From positions 62,001-126,000 of IMG/VR virus record IMGVR_UViG_3300010001_000023: DNA of 64,000 bases; one strand, 5' to 3'. The translations under genes were made by a program, and so were the position numbers. The notes beneath the pieces are model-generated. The model worked only from the letters and a program-made list of their open reading frames with translations. It made no database searches and was not told where the DNA came from. This document shows positions 30,615 to 41,208 of this stretch, in pieces. Position 1 is the stretch's first letter, and every line of letters begins with the position of its first letter. Origin of the DNA: an uncultured virus (IMG/VR IMGVR_UViG_3300010001_000023) (taxonomy: Duplodnaviria > Heunggongvirae > Uroviricota > Caudoviricetes).

Positions 30615-33600
30615 TTACTTCAACAACCCTTTGTTTCTTAAAGCAGTAGCTAAATCATCTGTTAGACTATTCAATTCTTCTTGTGTTCCAGAGAAATTCT
30701 GAATAGTGACTAATGTTTGAGGAGCAAGATTGTTGTTTGTTGTGATTGTCTTAACAGTGTTCGCACTTGCAGGTAGCTTAGAAGCGATTACTGTTGGAAG
30801 AGTAGCACTAATAGATGGTGCTAGGGCGTTTACAGCTTTAATAGCAGCAGAAGTAATGTTAGTCTTAGTGGTTGGTTCTAATTTAGAATTAGGTACTGGA
30901 TTTCTACTTTTTTCATCTAATTTAAGACTACCAGCAACATCAGACAGACTACCGAAAGTTTCTTGAAGTGCGTCAAGTATATTTTGACTTGCTGAATTAC
31001 CGATTTCCTTCATATGTTCATTCACATATTTAGCTAAATCTTCAATCAATGTTTTATACTTGCTAACTTGTCCTTCCATTAATTCTTCTTGCATCTGATT
31101 AAATTTACGAGTATCCTCTAATAGATCTTGATACGCTGTATTCAAATCCTCTTTTTGTTTATCAATCTGTTCGCTCTTATCTTCTAATTCTTCCTGTAAT
31201 GCTTCTTTGCGATCTTCTCTAGCTTTGTTTGTTAAATAAGAATCATAGTCTTCCTGCTGTCTCTTAAGCTCTTCTTGCAACTCTTTGACTTTAGCTTGAT
31301 TGGAAAGACTATCATCACCAGAACGTTGAGAAATTTCATTCTTCAATTTGTTCATTGCTTCGGTACGTTCTTTAATGTCCTTAGCATACTGATCGTCTTG
31401 AGCTTCCTCGTCAATCAATTTCAATTTTTTATTTATCATTTTTTCGTATTCTTTGTACTCATCATCATAAGCCTTAGTAGCAAGCTCTAGTTGTTTTTGA
31501 TAAATAGTTTTAATTGAATTGATAACTCCGTTTGCCAAATCATATCTGACTTGATGGACTGACTTATTGCTTTCTTTAATAGCATTGTCAATATTCTCTA
31601 TCTCATCACGCAATTTTTTAGCTTGTGTTGGTAGGCTCTTATAAAGCTTCAATTGGTCTTCAAGTTTCTTTTTATTCGATTCAAGAGCCTTACGTTGTTC
31701 AACCAATCCTTTTAATTGAGCCACTTGATTATCTCTAAATAAATCAATTTGACCGTCTTGATTGATAAATGAACTCATGTATGAAGCTTTTTCATAAGCA
31801 ATAGTTGCTTTCTTCAACGCTTTAGCATTTTCATTCAACTGGTTTTCTATATCTTGATTAGCGACTTCAATTTTAAATTCATAAGCAGCCATTTTAGCAT
31901 CGGCATAAGCTAAATTTAAAGAATTCATTTGCTCTTTGATAGTCTTTTGTAACTCGTAATTTTTCTTAGCATTTGCATATTGAATTTTTAATTGTTCAAT
32001 CGTAAACTTGATTTGAGCAGCACGTTTTTCTTCTTGTGAAGCTTGAGCTTTAGTATATTTTAATATTTGATTTGCTTGTTTTGGATCTTCTAAATCCAAC
32101 TTAGCTTTCTTATTAGAAATATCTTTCATTGTCTTCTCGTAAGAATTAGTGGCTTTGTTATAATCCGACATGATTTGCTCGTAAATAGAAGCAGCAATCG
32201 CAGCATTTCCTTGACGTATATCAGCACTAATATCTCTAATAGCCTGCTGTGCATCAGCCTTAGCTCTTCTTAGTTCATCACCATATACTGTGTCAGCAGC
32301 GAAAAGTTTCTTAGTCTTTTTATTTTTAAGAGCTTTATCAATATAATTAATTTTACTTGATTCAAAGCCTTTTTCTAAAGACTTGCTTGCTTGTAACTGT
32401 TTATTTTTATTTCTCCAAGCATCATTTTCCGTTCCTTTTTCAGCAGCAATTTTATCAAGTTCATACTGAAGTTTAGCTGTTTGATAAGACTGTAACTCTT
32501 TAAGGTGGTCATATTGTTCAACGTGAGACTGAGCAATCTTGAAAAGATTATCATTTTTAGCTTTGCTATCGTTCAATGACTCAAGTTGTAAATCTAATAA
32601 TTTACCTCTCGCTTCATCTACTTTTTGTTTCATAGCTTCGGCTTCGTTATTTGCATTGATAAGTCTTTCTATCGCAGCGAGACGCTCTTCTTCAGCCGCA
32701 TTAGCATACTCAACGTCTACGCCTGACATAGAACCATATATCGGTTTTCCAGATATGCTATAATTGGAACCAGCGACTTTGTGATAACCTAATGCTTCAG
32801 GGTTAACTGCTGTATTGTTGTTGTAACGTGTCTGTTTACCTTTAGAAACTTGTAAATGCAAATGTGTTCCACTGGAGTTACCTGTTGAACCTACTTGACC
32901 GACAATTTGCCCAGCTTTTACTTTTTGCCCAACTTTAAATTTAGAAGGAACTTTCATATGCATGTACGTGTAAGTGTTCTTGCCATCAAAAATAGTAATC
33001 TGATTACCAGCACCATACGGATCCCAGTCTGAAGACATAACTACACCTGAACGAGCAGCACGAATACTAGCACCAGATTTCACACCATTGTAATCAAAGC
33101 CTGAATGTTTGCCACCACCATCAGAAGCGTTGTAATGTCCAAATTGTTTGTCTCTACGGTACATTCCATCAATAAGAGATTTTCCAATAGTTCCAGCTAC
33201 CGCAGTCGATACTGAGATAGGTTGTGACATACCATACATTTTATAATACTTATCAGCTTCGGAATTACGTTTTGATTGGTTAGGGATTCCTGCACGCTCA
33301 TATTTAGACTGGAAGGTTTGAGCTGCTGATTTAGCAGTCTTTGTTTTCTTCAATGCATTATAAGCGTTAGTCTCAGTAGTCATTAATTCTTTCCAGAAGA
33401 AGTCTAACTGTACATTAACATCCTTCCAAGACTTACCACGTTCTTTAGCATATTTATATAAAGCATTTCGTCTAGCACCATCCCATTGGAATAGTCCTTT
33501 TCCGCCTTTGTATGGATCTTTATACTGTTGAGCAGAAGCTTTAAATTGAGATTCTTGTGAAACGTTACCCATGATACCAGCAGCTTGAGCAGAAGAAAAC

Positions 33601-36600
33601 CCTTTTGAAATTAAGAAATTCCATAGTTTAGCTTGTGTTGAACTTCCTTTAGCTGAAACTTTTCCACTTTTAGAACCTTCTAAGTTATTGGCTGTGTATT
33701 TATAATAAGGAACATTAGTCTCTTGATTAATCAAGCCATATTCTTTGATGTTTCCACTCTTGATTTGTTTTTCAAGAGCAGTCATCTGTTTATCTAAATT
33801 CTTTGTTTTTTGGTCAATTAATTTGTTTTCTTCTCTGAGAGATTCACGATATTTAGCTGACCATGTAGCATACTTCTGAGTCTGTAGTTGTTGTTTTTCT
33901 AACTTATTATTAAGTTTATCCATTGACAAACCTAATTTATCAGCAACATAAGTAGTAACTGTAAAGGTCTTGTAGAGTGTTTCAACTTCAACGCCAGCTT
34001 TTTTCATAGCCTTTGCTGTTTTGTCTGCTTCATCTCCAGCTTTTTTAAGTCCTTTGCCAGCTTTACCTCCAGCACTTCCTGTATCACCTAAACCAGAAGC
34101 TGAATCTTGAGCTTGTTTACCAACATCTCCTAAAGATTTACCCAATGCGTCAGATACAGAAGATAGATTTTTACCTGTGTTTGTAGCATTTTTCCATTGG
34201 GCGTTCATTTTAAGCATGTTGTCTGTCATGACTTTAGGCAAGTAAACAGCACTTGTTTTTAAATTAGCTCCTAATAAATCATCACCTAAAGCACCAGCAC
34301 TCATTGCAGACACCATACCAGAAGTATAATCTGCTCCGACTGAATATTTACCTTTTTTGCTTGATTTTAATTCTTTGGCTTCTGCTTTTCTTATTTGAGC
34401 CATTTTATCATCAAACTCAGCAAAAGCTTCATTTGCGATACGACCAAGTTCATTGATATGATCTGCCCATTTTTTGCCTAGTAAATTTAAAACATGCGTC
34501 TCTAAAGCATCTTTTTTCTCAGCTAAAGTGTTATAGTTTGATAAATCTACATCATAGCTATCCGCAATAGAATTTACTAAAGCTTCTTGTTGATCAGCAG
34601 TACCATTGCTATATATATCAGCAATACCAGCTTTTAGTTGAGCTAAACTTTTATAGTTTTCACTATCAATGTTATAGGTTTTTCTAAGATATTCAGCTAA
34701 TTCTGTCCCTTGACCTGCAACAGCTTTGTAATAAGCTTCGCTTGCCATAGTTTTATCTTCAAGAGTTTTTAGATAATGATTCTTTTCTTTATCTCTTTCA
34801 GAAATCAAGAAGTTTGTTAGTGCTTCTTCATTTCCAGCTAAACCAAGAATTTTTTCTCCATAAACGTCAACTAAATCCGCCATAGTATTCCAAGATAGTT
34901 CCCCACCTTGCATTTCACCTATAGCTTTACCAACTAATTCTTGATTTGAAGCAACTTCTCTCATTGAATTAGCTAAATCTTCATTAGCCTTAATTTGATT
35001 ATCAGTAGACTCAGCATTTTCATTATTAATAGCTGTGCCATCCGCAGTAGCTTTATTCTTTTTCTTAATAGCTTCTGTTGTACTGATTGTTACTTGACCT
35101 TGTTTTTCAACTTTAGCTGCTAATCCTGTCTCTGCTTCAATTCCTGATTCTAATGAAGCTCTAAGTTGAGCAATACCATCTTTGCTCATATGAGCTGCTT
35201 CGGCAGATTTAAGAATAGCTGTGGCTACTTTTTCATAAGCAGCTTCTAAAGCAGGTAAAGCATCTGTACGTTCAGCTTGTGTTTTAGCAGTCTGAAATGA
35301 TTTTAAAGCTGACTCATAAGATTTCATCTTCGTAGCAAAACCACTATCATTAATAAGGCTACTATTCAAAGCATTAAACTGTTCTCTAGCATTTTTAACG
35401 TTGTCAGAAGTTGTTTGTATTGCTATTGAAACAGATTGCAAAGCAGAAGTACCAGCTTGACCAAATGAATATGAACCCGATTTCATTTGAGCCATTTGAG
35501 CATTAAATATTGTTACTTCAGCTTGAATAGCTGCTCTTTCAGCATTGCTTTGCATTTGTTTTTGACCGATATATTTCGATAATGCGTCCTGTTTAACTGT
35601 TAAACGGTTAACTTCGTCTTTGTCATGTGCAGAGGTTGCTTGAGATAATTGTTCGTTAACAGTTTTTAAAACTTTTTGAGCATCGGTTAGCGATTTTACT
35701 TTCGCAATTTGATTATCAATTTTACTGTTTGTTTGTGTGTTAGAGTTAGATTTTAATTCTGTTTCAGGATCGTATCCGTCAAACCAGCCTTTTCCACCTA
35801 TTTTATTAGCTTCTTTTTCTTTTGCCTTACTTAGTTCTTGAGCGTCTGAAATAGCTTTTTGTTGAGCAATTTGTTTATCAATCTCAAGTTGTTGTTTCAT
35901 TAAATCAATACGTTGTTTTAATACCTCTGCATTAGCATTTACAGTATTTCCATATTGACCTTCACTTGATACTAACTCTGGGAAAATATTAGCAATTTGA
36001 CCTACAACATTTTTGTATTCTTGAGCTTCATCACTATTAAATGATTTACCAGAATTCATTTTTTGTTGTAAAGTGTCATAGCTTGAAATCATCTTATCAA
36101 TTTCAGAAGAACCCATGCTTTGTAGAGCTTGTTTAGTTTGTAATTGCTGTTGTTCATATTCTTCCGCAGCTTGACTCGTTGCGTTAAAACTTCCTGTTAA
36201 TTTTTCTAGTCCAAACGATATGCCAGTCATTACAAGACCGACACCAGTTGCCGCAAGTAATCCTCTTAAAGCACCTTTAAGCGTTACAGCAGCGGCTGAA
36301 GCCACACGAGAAGCAGTTGCATTAGCAGTTGTTGCAACTGTAGTTTTATTAATAGAACCTTGTAAAAGAAGGGAAGACATAGAAACTTCTTTTTGAGCTT
36401 TTGATAATTGATAATTAGCTGTAGTTGCTGATTTTGCTTGAGAAGCCTGTTTATCATACACACCTGAATTATTAAATTGTAATTGTGAAGAGGCTCCTGT
36501 TGGAACTACATGTGTTACATTACCTAAATTATCTTTTACTTTGTTTAGATTATTTGCTTCGATAATGAGGTCAGACATACTTTGTCTAGCATCACTAAAC

Positions 36601-38888
36601 CCACTTCTCACATTTCTTGAGAATAATGAAGCAGCAGCACCAACTACACCAAACAATGGGGCAGCACTACCTAATTGAGTAATACCTGCTGTTAGTCCTG
36701 TCATCAAGTCTGTAAATAATCTGATTCCATCTAATATACCAGACTTTAAGAAAGCATCGCCTAACGCAAGTGAAAATTGTTCTAAAGATACTTTAGCTTT
36801 ATTGATTTTTGCTTCAACTGATTCCATGTATTTAGCGTTCTCTTGGAGTGAAGAACCAGCGGAATTTTCAGAAGTTTGCTCAATTTGTTTATATAAACCA
36901 TTGACTTGTCCCAAGTCATCAAGCAATACTTGCATACGTTGATAGTGATATGTTCCGCCAAGACCACGAACAATAGCAGCTTGTTGGTCTTTATCAATAC
37001 CCTTAATCTTTTGTGCGACTTCTTCTAATAAAGCCATAGCACCTTTAAGTTGTCCATTGGAATCTTTCATGTCGATTCCTAAGTCTTCTATAGTAGCTTT
37101 TCCTGTTCCAACGTAAAGCTTAGGAAGGACTGCTTTCATAAAGTTACCGATTTCATCCCCTGATTGCTTAGTTTTAGCAGTCAAAGCACCGATAACCGCA
37201 TTAGTTTGATCAAATGTTAATCCCATAGATTTAGCAGTGGAACCAGCTTTAGCTTGACCCTGTGCTAATTTTTCTACGGTAGTAGCATATTTGTTAGAGA
37301 TTTCGTTTAATGAGTCAACTTGTCTCATCGCATCTTGTCCATTGGTTTCCCACTGAGCAGACATAGAAGTTAAATACTCAGCAGCTTGTTTAGCGTCAAT
37401 CTCACCAACGTTAGCAGCAATTAAAGCAGCATTAGCAAATTGAGGTAGCTCTTTACCTTTTGTACCTTGTCTAGCAAATTCAGCATATACATCTAATGCA
37501 CTTGAAATCGTTTGACCAAATTGTAAAGCTGCATCATTTGCATTGTTAAACACTTCCGCTAAGTTTGTATCTGCTGACATAACTTTAGCAAGAGTAATCA
37601 TTTTACTATCAATTTCAGTAATGGTATCTATAAATAATCTACCTGATTGAATCGCACCAAAGAATAGGGTAGAAGCACCCATCCAAACAGGGAACTTAAT
37701 CATAGCTTGTCTAAATGATTCTACAAATCCTAATTGAGAACGAGTAGCTCTTTCAGCTTCAGCTTTAATACCTCTGAATTGTGTTCTGATCTGTTCCATT
37801 TGATAAGCAGCATTAGTATCAAATTTCTTTGATTCACTACCTAATCCTAACAAATCAGATTTTAAAGCATTTGTAGCTCTCTTATTAATAGAATCAGCCA
37901 TTCTACGTTCATTACGCTCAATTTCAGCCAACAAACTTTGTTGCACTCTTAATAATTTATTTTGCTGTTCATAATCTTTAAGAATGACTTGTGCTGCATT
38001 ATGCTGAGCATCAAAATCATCTTTGGTAAGATGTTTACCTAGACGTTCATCACCAATCTTTTTGTAAATAGCTAGTAATTGTTCAGCTTCAATAGAACTT
38101 AATTTACCATTATCTCTTAATTTAAGGATATTTTGACTCTGTTTATCAATAGCTCTGCTAATATCTTCATGTGTTTTTAACTGAGATTTATATTCAGAAT
38201 CTAATGACTTAATCTCAGATAAGTTAAGACTACCATCATTATTACCCGTAAACTTATAAGATTGCTGTCCTGTTTTATTTCCAGCAGAGTTTACTTTGTT
38301 AACTGTGATTAAATAATCTTTTAACTCTCGATTAGCGTTTTCAGTTTTTTGAGTAGTGTAAGACATTCCATCAGCCATCGTCTTACTCAACATTTTTTGA
38401 GCTTCTGCGATATTACGGAAGGATCTACCTAAACCTATAACTTCTTCTTGTGTCTCTTTAATATTTCCCGCACTAGAAGGAATGTTGGCTGCTGAAGTTG
38501 TGTTCTTAACACTATTTTCAATAGCTTTTTGTGATTTTTTAATTTCATTAGGATTAACTCGTGCGTTAATATCAGCACTAATGCTTCTATGATAGTTTTT
38601 CTGTATATCATTTAATGCTTTATTGATATTTTTTACACTTTGAGTCTTGTTAATATCTAAATCTAATTTAACCTTTCGTAAATTTCCATCTTTATTAATG
38701 GAATCCACAATTTGGTTAGCTGATACTCGTAAAGCATTTTTACTTGACGATGTTGAATTAGCTTCTAAATCTACTCTAATTCTTTTTAGATTCTTCTCTA
38801 TCTGGGTGATAGTTTCTTCAATTTTTCTTTTAGAGGAGCTTGAATCTATTTCTAGGGTGCTTAATATCCCTAAGTTAAAATCTGCCAA
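30615..38888 (-). CDS. Tape measure protein with phage-tail lysozyme and M23 peptidase domains
   Basis: About 2760 aa, helical; AAGIMGNVSQES..GLFQW lysozyme motif; HSGFDY, YMHM, GNSSGTHLHL M23 motifs; likely TTG start at 38888. Confidence 0.93.
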   Translation of the reverse strand: MADFNLGILSTLEIDSSSSKRKIEETITQIEKNLKRIRVDLEANSTSSSKNALRVSANQIVDSINKDGNLRKVKLDLDINKTQSVKNINKALNDIQKNYHRSISADINARVNPNEIKKSQKAIENSVKNTTSAANIPSSAGNIKETQEEVIGLGRSFRNIAEAQKMLSKTMADGMSYTTQKTENANRELKDYLITVNKVNSAGNKTGQQSYKFTGNNDGSLNLSEIKSLDSEYKSQLKTHEDISRAIDKQSQNILKLRDNGKLSSIEAEQLLAIYKKIGDERLGKHLTKDDFDAQHNAAQVILKDYEQQNKLLRVQQSLLAEIERNERRMADSINKRATNALKSDLLGLGSESKKFDTNAAYQMEQIRTQFRGIKAEAERATRSQLGFVESFRQAMIKFPVWMGASTLFFGAIQSGRLFIDTITEIDSKMITLAKVMSADTNLAEVFNNANDAALQFGQTISSALDVYAEFARQGTKGKELPQFANAALIAANVGEIDAKQAAEYLTSMSAQWETNGQDAMRQVDSLNEISNKYATTVEKLAQGQAKAGSTAKSMGLTFDQTNAVIGALTAKTKQSGDEIGNFMKAVLPKLYVGTGKATIEDLGIDMKDSNGQLKGAMALLEEVAQKIKGIDKDQQAAIVRGLGGTYHYQRMQVLLDDLGQVNGLYKQIEQTSENSAGSSLQENAKYMESVEAKINKAKVSLEQFSLALGDAFLKSGILDGIRLFTDLMTGLTAGITQLGSAAPLFGVVGAAASLFSRNVRSGFSDARQSMSDLIIEANNLNKVKDNLGNVTHVVPTGASSQLQFNNSGVYDKQASQAKSATTANYQLSKAQKEVSMSSLLLQGSINKTTVATTANATASRVASAAAVTLKGALRGLLAATGVGLVMTGISFGLEKLTGSFNATSQAAEEYEQQQLQTKQALQSMGSSEIDKMISSYDTLQQKMNSGKSFNSDEAQEYKNVVGQIANIFPELVSSEGQYGNTVNANAEVLKQRIDLMKQQLEIDKQIAQQKAISDAQELSKAKEKEANKIGGKGWFDGYDPETELKSNSNTQTNSKIDNQIAKVKSLTDAQKVLKTVNEQLSQATSAHDKDEVNRLTVKQDALSKYIGQKQMQSNAERAAIQAEVTIFNAQMAQMKSGSYSFGQAGTSALQSVSIAIQTTSDNVKNAREQFNALNSSLINDSGFATKMKSYESALKSFQTAKTQAERTDALPALEAAYEKVATAILKSAEAAHMSKDGIAQLRASLESGIEAETGLAAKVEKQGQVTISTTEAIKKKNKATADGTAINNENAESTDNQIKANEDLANSMREVASNQELVGKAIGEMQGGELSWNTMADLVDVYGEKILGLAGNEEALTNFLISERDKEKNHYLKTLEDKTMASEAYYKAVAGQGTELAEYLRKTYNIDSENYKSLAQLKAGIADIYSNGTADQQEALVNSIADSYDVDLSNYNTLAEKKDALETHVLNLLGKKWADHINELGRIANEAFAEFDDKMAQIRKAEAKELKSSKKGKYSVGADYTSGMVSAMSAGALGDDLLGANLKTSAVYLPKVMTDNMLKMNAQWKNATNTGKNLSSVSDALGKSLGDVGKQAQDSASGLGDTGSAGGKAGKGLKKAGDEADKTAKAMKKAGVEVETLYKTFTVTTYVADKLGLSMDKLNNKLEKQQLQTQKYATWSAKYRESLREENKLIDQKTKNLDKQMTALEKQIKSGNIKEYGLINQETNVPYYKYTANNLEGSKSGKVSAKGSSTQAKLWNFLISKGFSSAQAAGIMGNVSQESQFKASAQQYKDPYKGGKGLFQWDGARRNALYKYAKERGKSWKDVNVQLDFFWKELMTTETNAYNALKKTKTAKSAAQTFQSKYERAGIPNQSKRNSEADKYYKMYGMSQPISVSTAVAGTIGKSLIDGMYRRDKQFGHYNASDGGGKHSGFDYNGVKSGASIRAARSGVVMSSDWDPYGAGNQITIFDGKNTYTYMHMKVPSKFKVGQKVKAGQIVGQVGSTGNSSGTHLHLQVSKGKQTRYNNNTAVNPEALGYHKVAGSNYSISGKPIYGSMSGVDVEYANAAEEERLAAIERLINANNEAEAMKQKVDEARGKLLDLQLESLNDSKAKNDNLFKIAQSHVEQYDHLKELQSYQTAKLQYELDKIAAEKGTENDAWRNKNKQLQASKSLEKGFESSKINYIDKALKNKKTKKLFAADTVYGDELRRAKADAQQAIRDISADIRQGNAAIAASIYEQIMSDYNKATNSYEKTMKDISNKKAKLDLEDPKQANQILKYTKAQASQEEKRAAQIKFTIEQLKIQYANAKKNYELQKTIKEQMNSLNLAYADAKMAAYEFKIEVANQDIENQLNENAKALKKATIAYEKASYMSSFINQDGQIDLFRDNQVAQLKGLVEQRKALESNKKKLEDQLKLYKSLPTQAKKLRDEIENIDNAIKESNKSVHQVRYDLANGVINSIKTIYQKQLELATKAYDDEYKEYEKMINKKLKLIDEEAQDDQYAKDIKERTEAMNKLKNEISQRSGDDSLSNQAKVKELQEELKRQQEDYDSYLTNKAREDRKEALQEELEDKSEQIDKQKEDLNTAYQDLLEDTRKFNQMQEELMEGQVSKYKTLIEDLAKYVNEHMKEIGNSASQNILDALQETFGSLSDVAGSLKLDEKSRNPVPNSKLEPTTKTNITSAAIKAVNALAPSISATLPTVIASKLPASANTVKTITTNNNLAPQTLVTIQNFSGTQEELNSLTDDLATALRNKGLLK

Positions 38889-38979
38889 TATTCTTACAAC
38901 TCCTTGTATTCTCGTATTCTCGATCAATTATTCAAGTCCACCCATAATTCATTTATTAAAGGTGGAATTCAGTAATTGA

Positions 38980-39996
38980 TTAAAGATCAATGTCTAATTC
39001 TTCCAATGCTTCGGCATCATCTGAAAGATTATAGATTTCTGTTGTTTCTGTGGATTCATGATGTGCAAAATATTTTGATACAATTTTCATTTTCACACCT
39101 TGTTCCAATAAATAAGTAATACAACTTGCTTTGAAGATATGAGGTTGGATTCTTCTTCCTAAAATATGGGATAATGTATTTTCGCAGAAATAATTCGCCC
39201 ACGATGCGTTCATCACTCTAGGATTCTCTTTGTCACCGATTGTAAAGATATATTCATGATCATATCCTCTTTTTTCAATCCAAAGCTCAATATACCTTAA
39301 AGCTTCAGGGTAGAAGAGATATTCCAAACGTTTGCCTTCTTCGCCTCTCCCTTTTCCCCTTATAGGTAAGTGTTTTTTGTACCCACCTTTTTTAAATTCT
39401 TGTGATAAAATGCTTGTTTTAAACTGTACGATTTCTGAACGTCTCGCACCAACATTAAAGGCTACTGCTAACCATGCCATACCTAAATAATCTTCATCAC
39501 TCTCTAAAGCTTGCATCATAATGTCATACTCTTCTTTAGAAATTTTAACCTTATCATAAGTCTGAGTTTTCAAGACTGGGGGAAGTCCTTGCATAAAATT
39601 ACGAAAAGTTTCAAAAATCAATTCACCATTATTATCTGTATAATCATCCACCCAATAGTTTTCTATATATTGACATAGGGAAGATACCGCAGACTTCTTT
39701 AAATTGATACCTGAAGATGACATTCCTCTGTCCACTCGTAAATAATTCAAATAACGAATCGCATCACGTTTTTTAATCTTGTTAAATGGTTTGTTGTTGG
39801 CACTGTTTTTAATAAACCAACCAAACTGCTTTAAAGCAGAGATATATTGTTTCTCTGATTGTTTAGATAATTGAGCCGATTGTAAGAATTCTTCAACAGC
39901 TTCTTTATATAAAGGATCAACCTGTGACCACATTTCATCTGTCACGTCAGGTAATTTTTTAGCTCTCTCACGTAACATATTCTTCTCAATTGTCAC
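38980..39996 (-). CDS. Tyrosine recombinase/integrase-family protein within the tail operon
   Basis: GARRSEI, RGKG, PHIFKAS, AHHESTETTEIY. Confidence 0.88.
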   Translation of the reverse strand: MTIEKNMLRERAKKLPDVTDEMWSQVDPLYKEAVEEFLQSAQLSKQSEKQYISALKQFGWFIKNSANNKPFNKIKKRDAIRYLNYLRVDRGMSSSGINLKKSAVSSLCQYIENYWVDDYTDNNGELIFETFRNFMQGLPPVLKTQTYDKVKISKEEYDIMMQALESDEDYLGMAWLAVAFNVGARRSEIVQFKTSILSQEFKKGGYKKHLPIRGKGRGEEGKRLEYLFYPEALRYIELWIEKRGYDHEYIFTIGDKENPRVMNASWANYFCENTLSHILGRRIQPHIFKASCITYLLEQGVKMKIVSKYFAHHESTETTEIYNLSDDAEALEELDIDL

Positions 39997-40010
39997 GTTA
40001 TCACTCTTTT

Positions 40011-40481
40011 CTAATAAAATTTAATGTTAATTCCACGTTTCATTAATCCATCATGCAACGCTTGTTTCACAATATTTCTACCAATTCCTTTGGCTAAGAA
40101 ATCAACTGCTTCTTCTGTATATGGTCTTGCTGGCATACCCGTTAAAGGATTACCAGCAAATCCATCTTCGCCCTCGATTAACTTATTAATTAGTACATCT
40201 TCAAAATCTTCTGTTGCACCTGTTGCAATATTAACCATTACAAATTCAGTAAGTTCTTTAGATTTCTTCGGATCTAGCATTACAATATTGTCTGGATCAG
40301 CTAAACCTTCATTAGTTCCACGTCTTTTATATTTGATAGGATTATAGACTTCATATACATTATCATGTTGGAATTCCAACCATGTATCTCTAACCACAGG
40401 GAACAATTCTTTCTCTATAACTTCTTCAATGGCATATTGAATATAAAGCTCCATCTCTTTTAGATTTTTGAAAGTAGGCAT
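40011..40481 (-). CDS. Putative tail completion protein (HK97 gp10-like)
   Basis: GMPARPYTEEA motif; position in the tail operon. Confidence 0.55.
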   Translation of the reverse strand: MPTFKNLKEMELYIQYAIEEVIEKELFPVVRDTWLEFQHDNVYEVYNPIKYKRRGTNEGLADPDNIVMLDPKKSKELTEFVMVNIATGATEDFEDVLINKLIEGEDGFAGNPLTGMPARPYTEEAVDFLAKGIGRNIVKQALHDGLMKRGINIKFY

Positions 40482-40489
40482 TTAATCAC

Positions 40490-41017
40490 CTATTCATTTT
40501 CTAATTGCTTACTAAATTTTTCTCTTGCTTTTTCTAATTCTTCTTCATGTTTATTCAGGAATTCAAATGCAGCACTTTTAGTCGCTGTTTCAGTAGCAAA
40601 CATATTATTGATTTTCTTTAACTCTTCAAATAGGAATACGTCATTGATAATTTCTTCAAATAGTCCTGTTTCATATAACGCATTATAGTAGGGGAGTAAT
40701 GCACGTAGTGTTTTAGCTTTTTTCATTTGTACACCAAAGTGTGTAAACTTTTTAATAGTAAGGAAGTACCAAAAATAAATAATACTTGTTTCATCTTTAG
40801 TGATAGATTCAATCACTTTCTTATCGTCTTTATTTGTGGAATTTAGTAAAGCAACATACTCTTCTATAACTTCTTTAATCTTTGATGTAGCAAAGTAAGG
40901 GTAGAATTCCATATCTTTACCATTTGATAAGGTATGTGTAGCAAGTTCTTCGTATTTACTAGCTTCAGCTAGAATATCTTCAAACTGAATTACCTCTGTA
41001 TTTTTAAATTCACTCAT
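40490..41017 (-). CDS. Putative tail assembly chaperone
   Basis: Between the major tail and tape measure genes; strong RBS. Confidence 0.5.
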   Translation of the reverse strand: MSEFKNTEVIQFEDILAEASKYEELATHTLSNGKDMEFYPYFATSKIKEVIEEYVALLNSTNKDDKKVIESITKDETSIIYFWYFLTIKKFTHFGVQMKKAKTLRALLPYYNALYETGLFEEIINDVFLFEELKKINNMFATETATKSAAFEFLNKHEEELEKAREKFSKQLENE

Positions 41018-41102
41018 ATTCCATTCTCCTTTTAATCCGTGTTGATTTTTTATTTTTGTTTAACTTACATAAGCAATATATAAATTAAACAAAAATAAAA
41101 AA

Positions 41103-41124
41103 ACAGGTAGAATAAACTACCTGT
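41103..41124 (-). terminator. Terminator after the major tail gene and its extension
   Basis: ACAGGTAG-6 nt-CTACCTGT followed by a T run on the - strand. Confidence 0.75.
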
Positions 41125-41208
41125 CTCTTATATTTCAATAGTAACTGAATCGCTATTTACTTCAACCACGTTAACCTTTAAAGGTTCCTGTTTCGCAACA
41201 GGATTACT

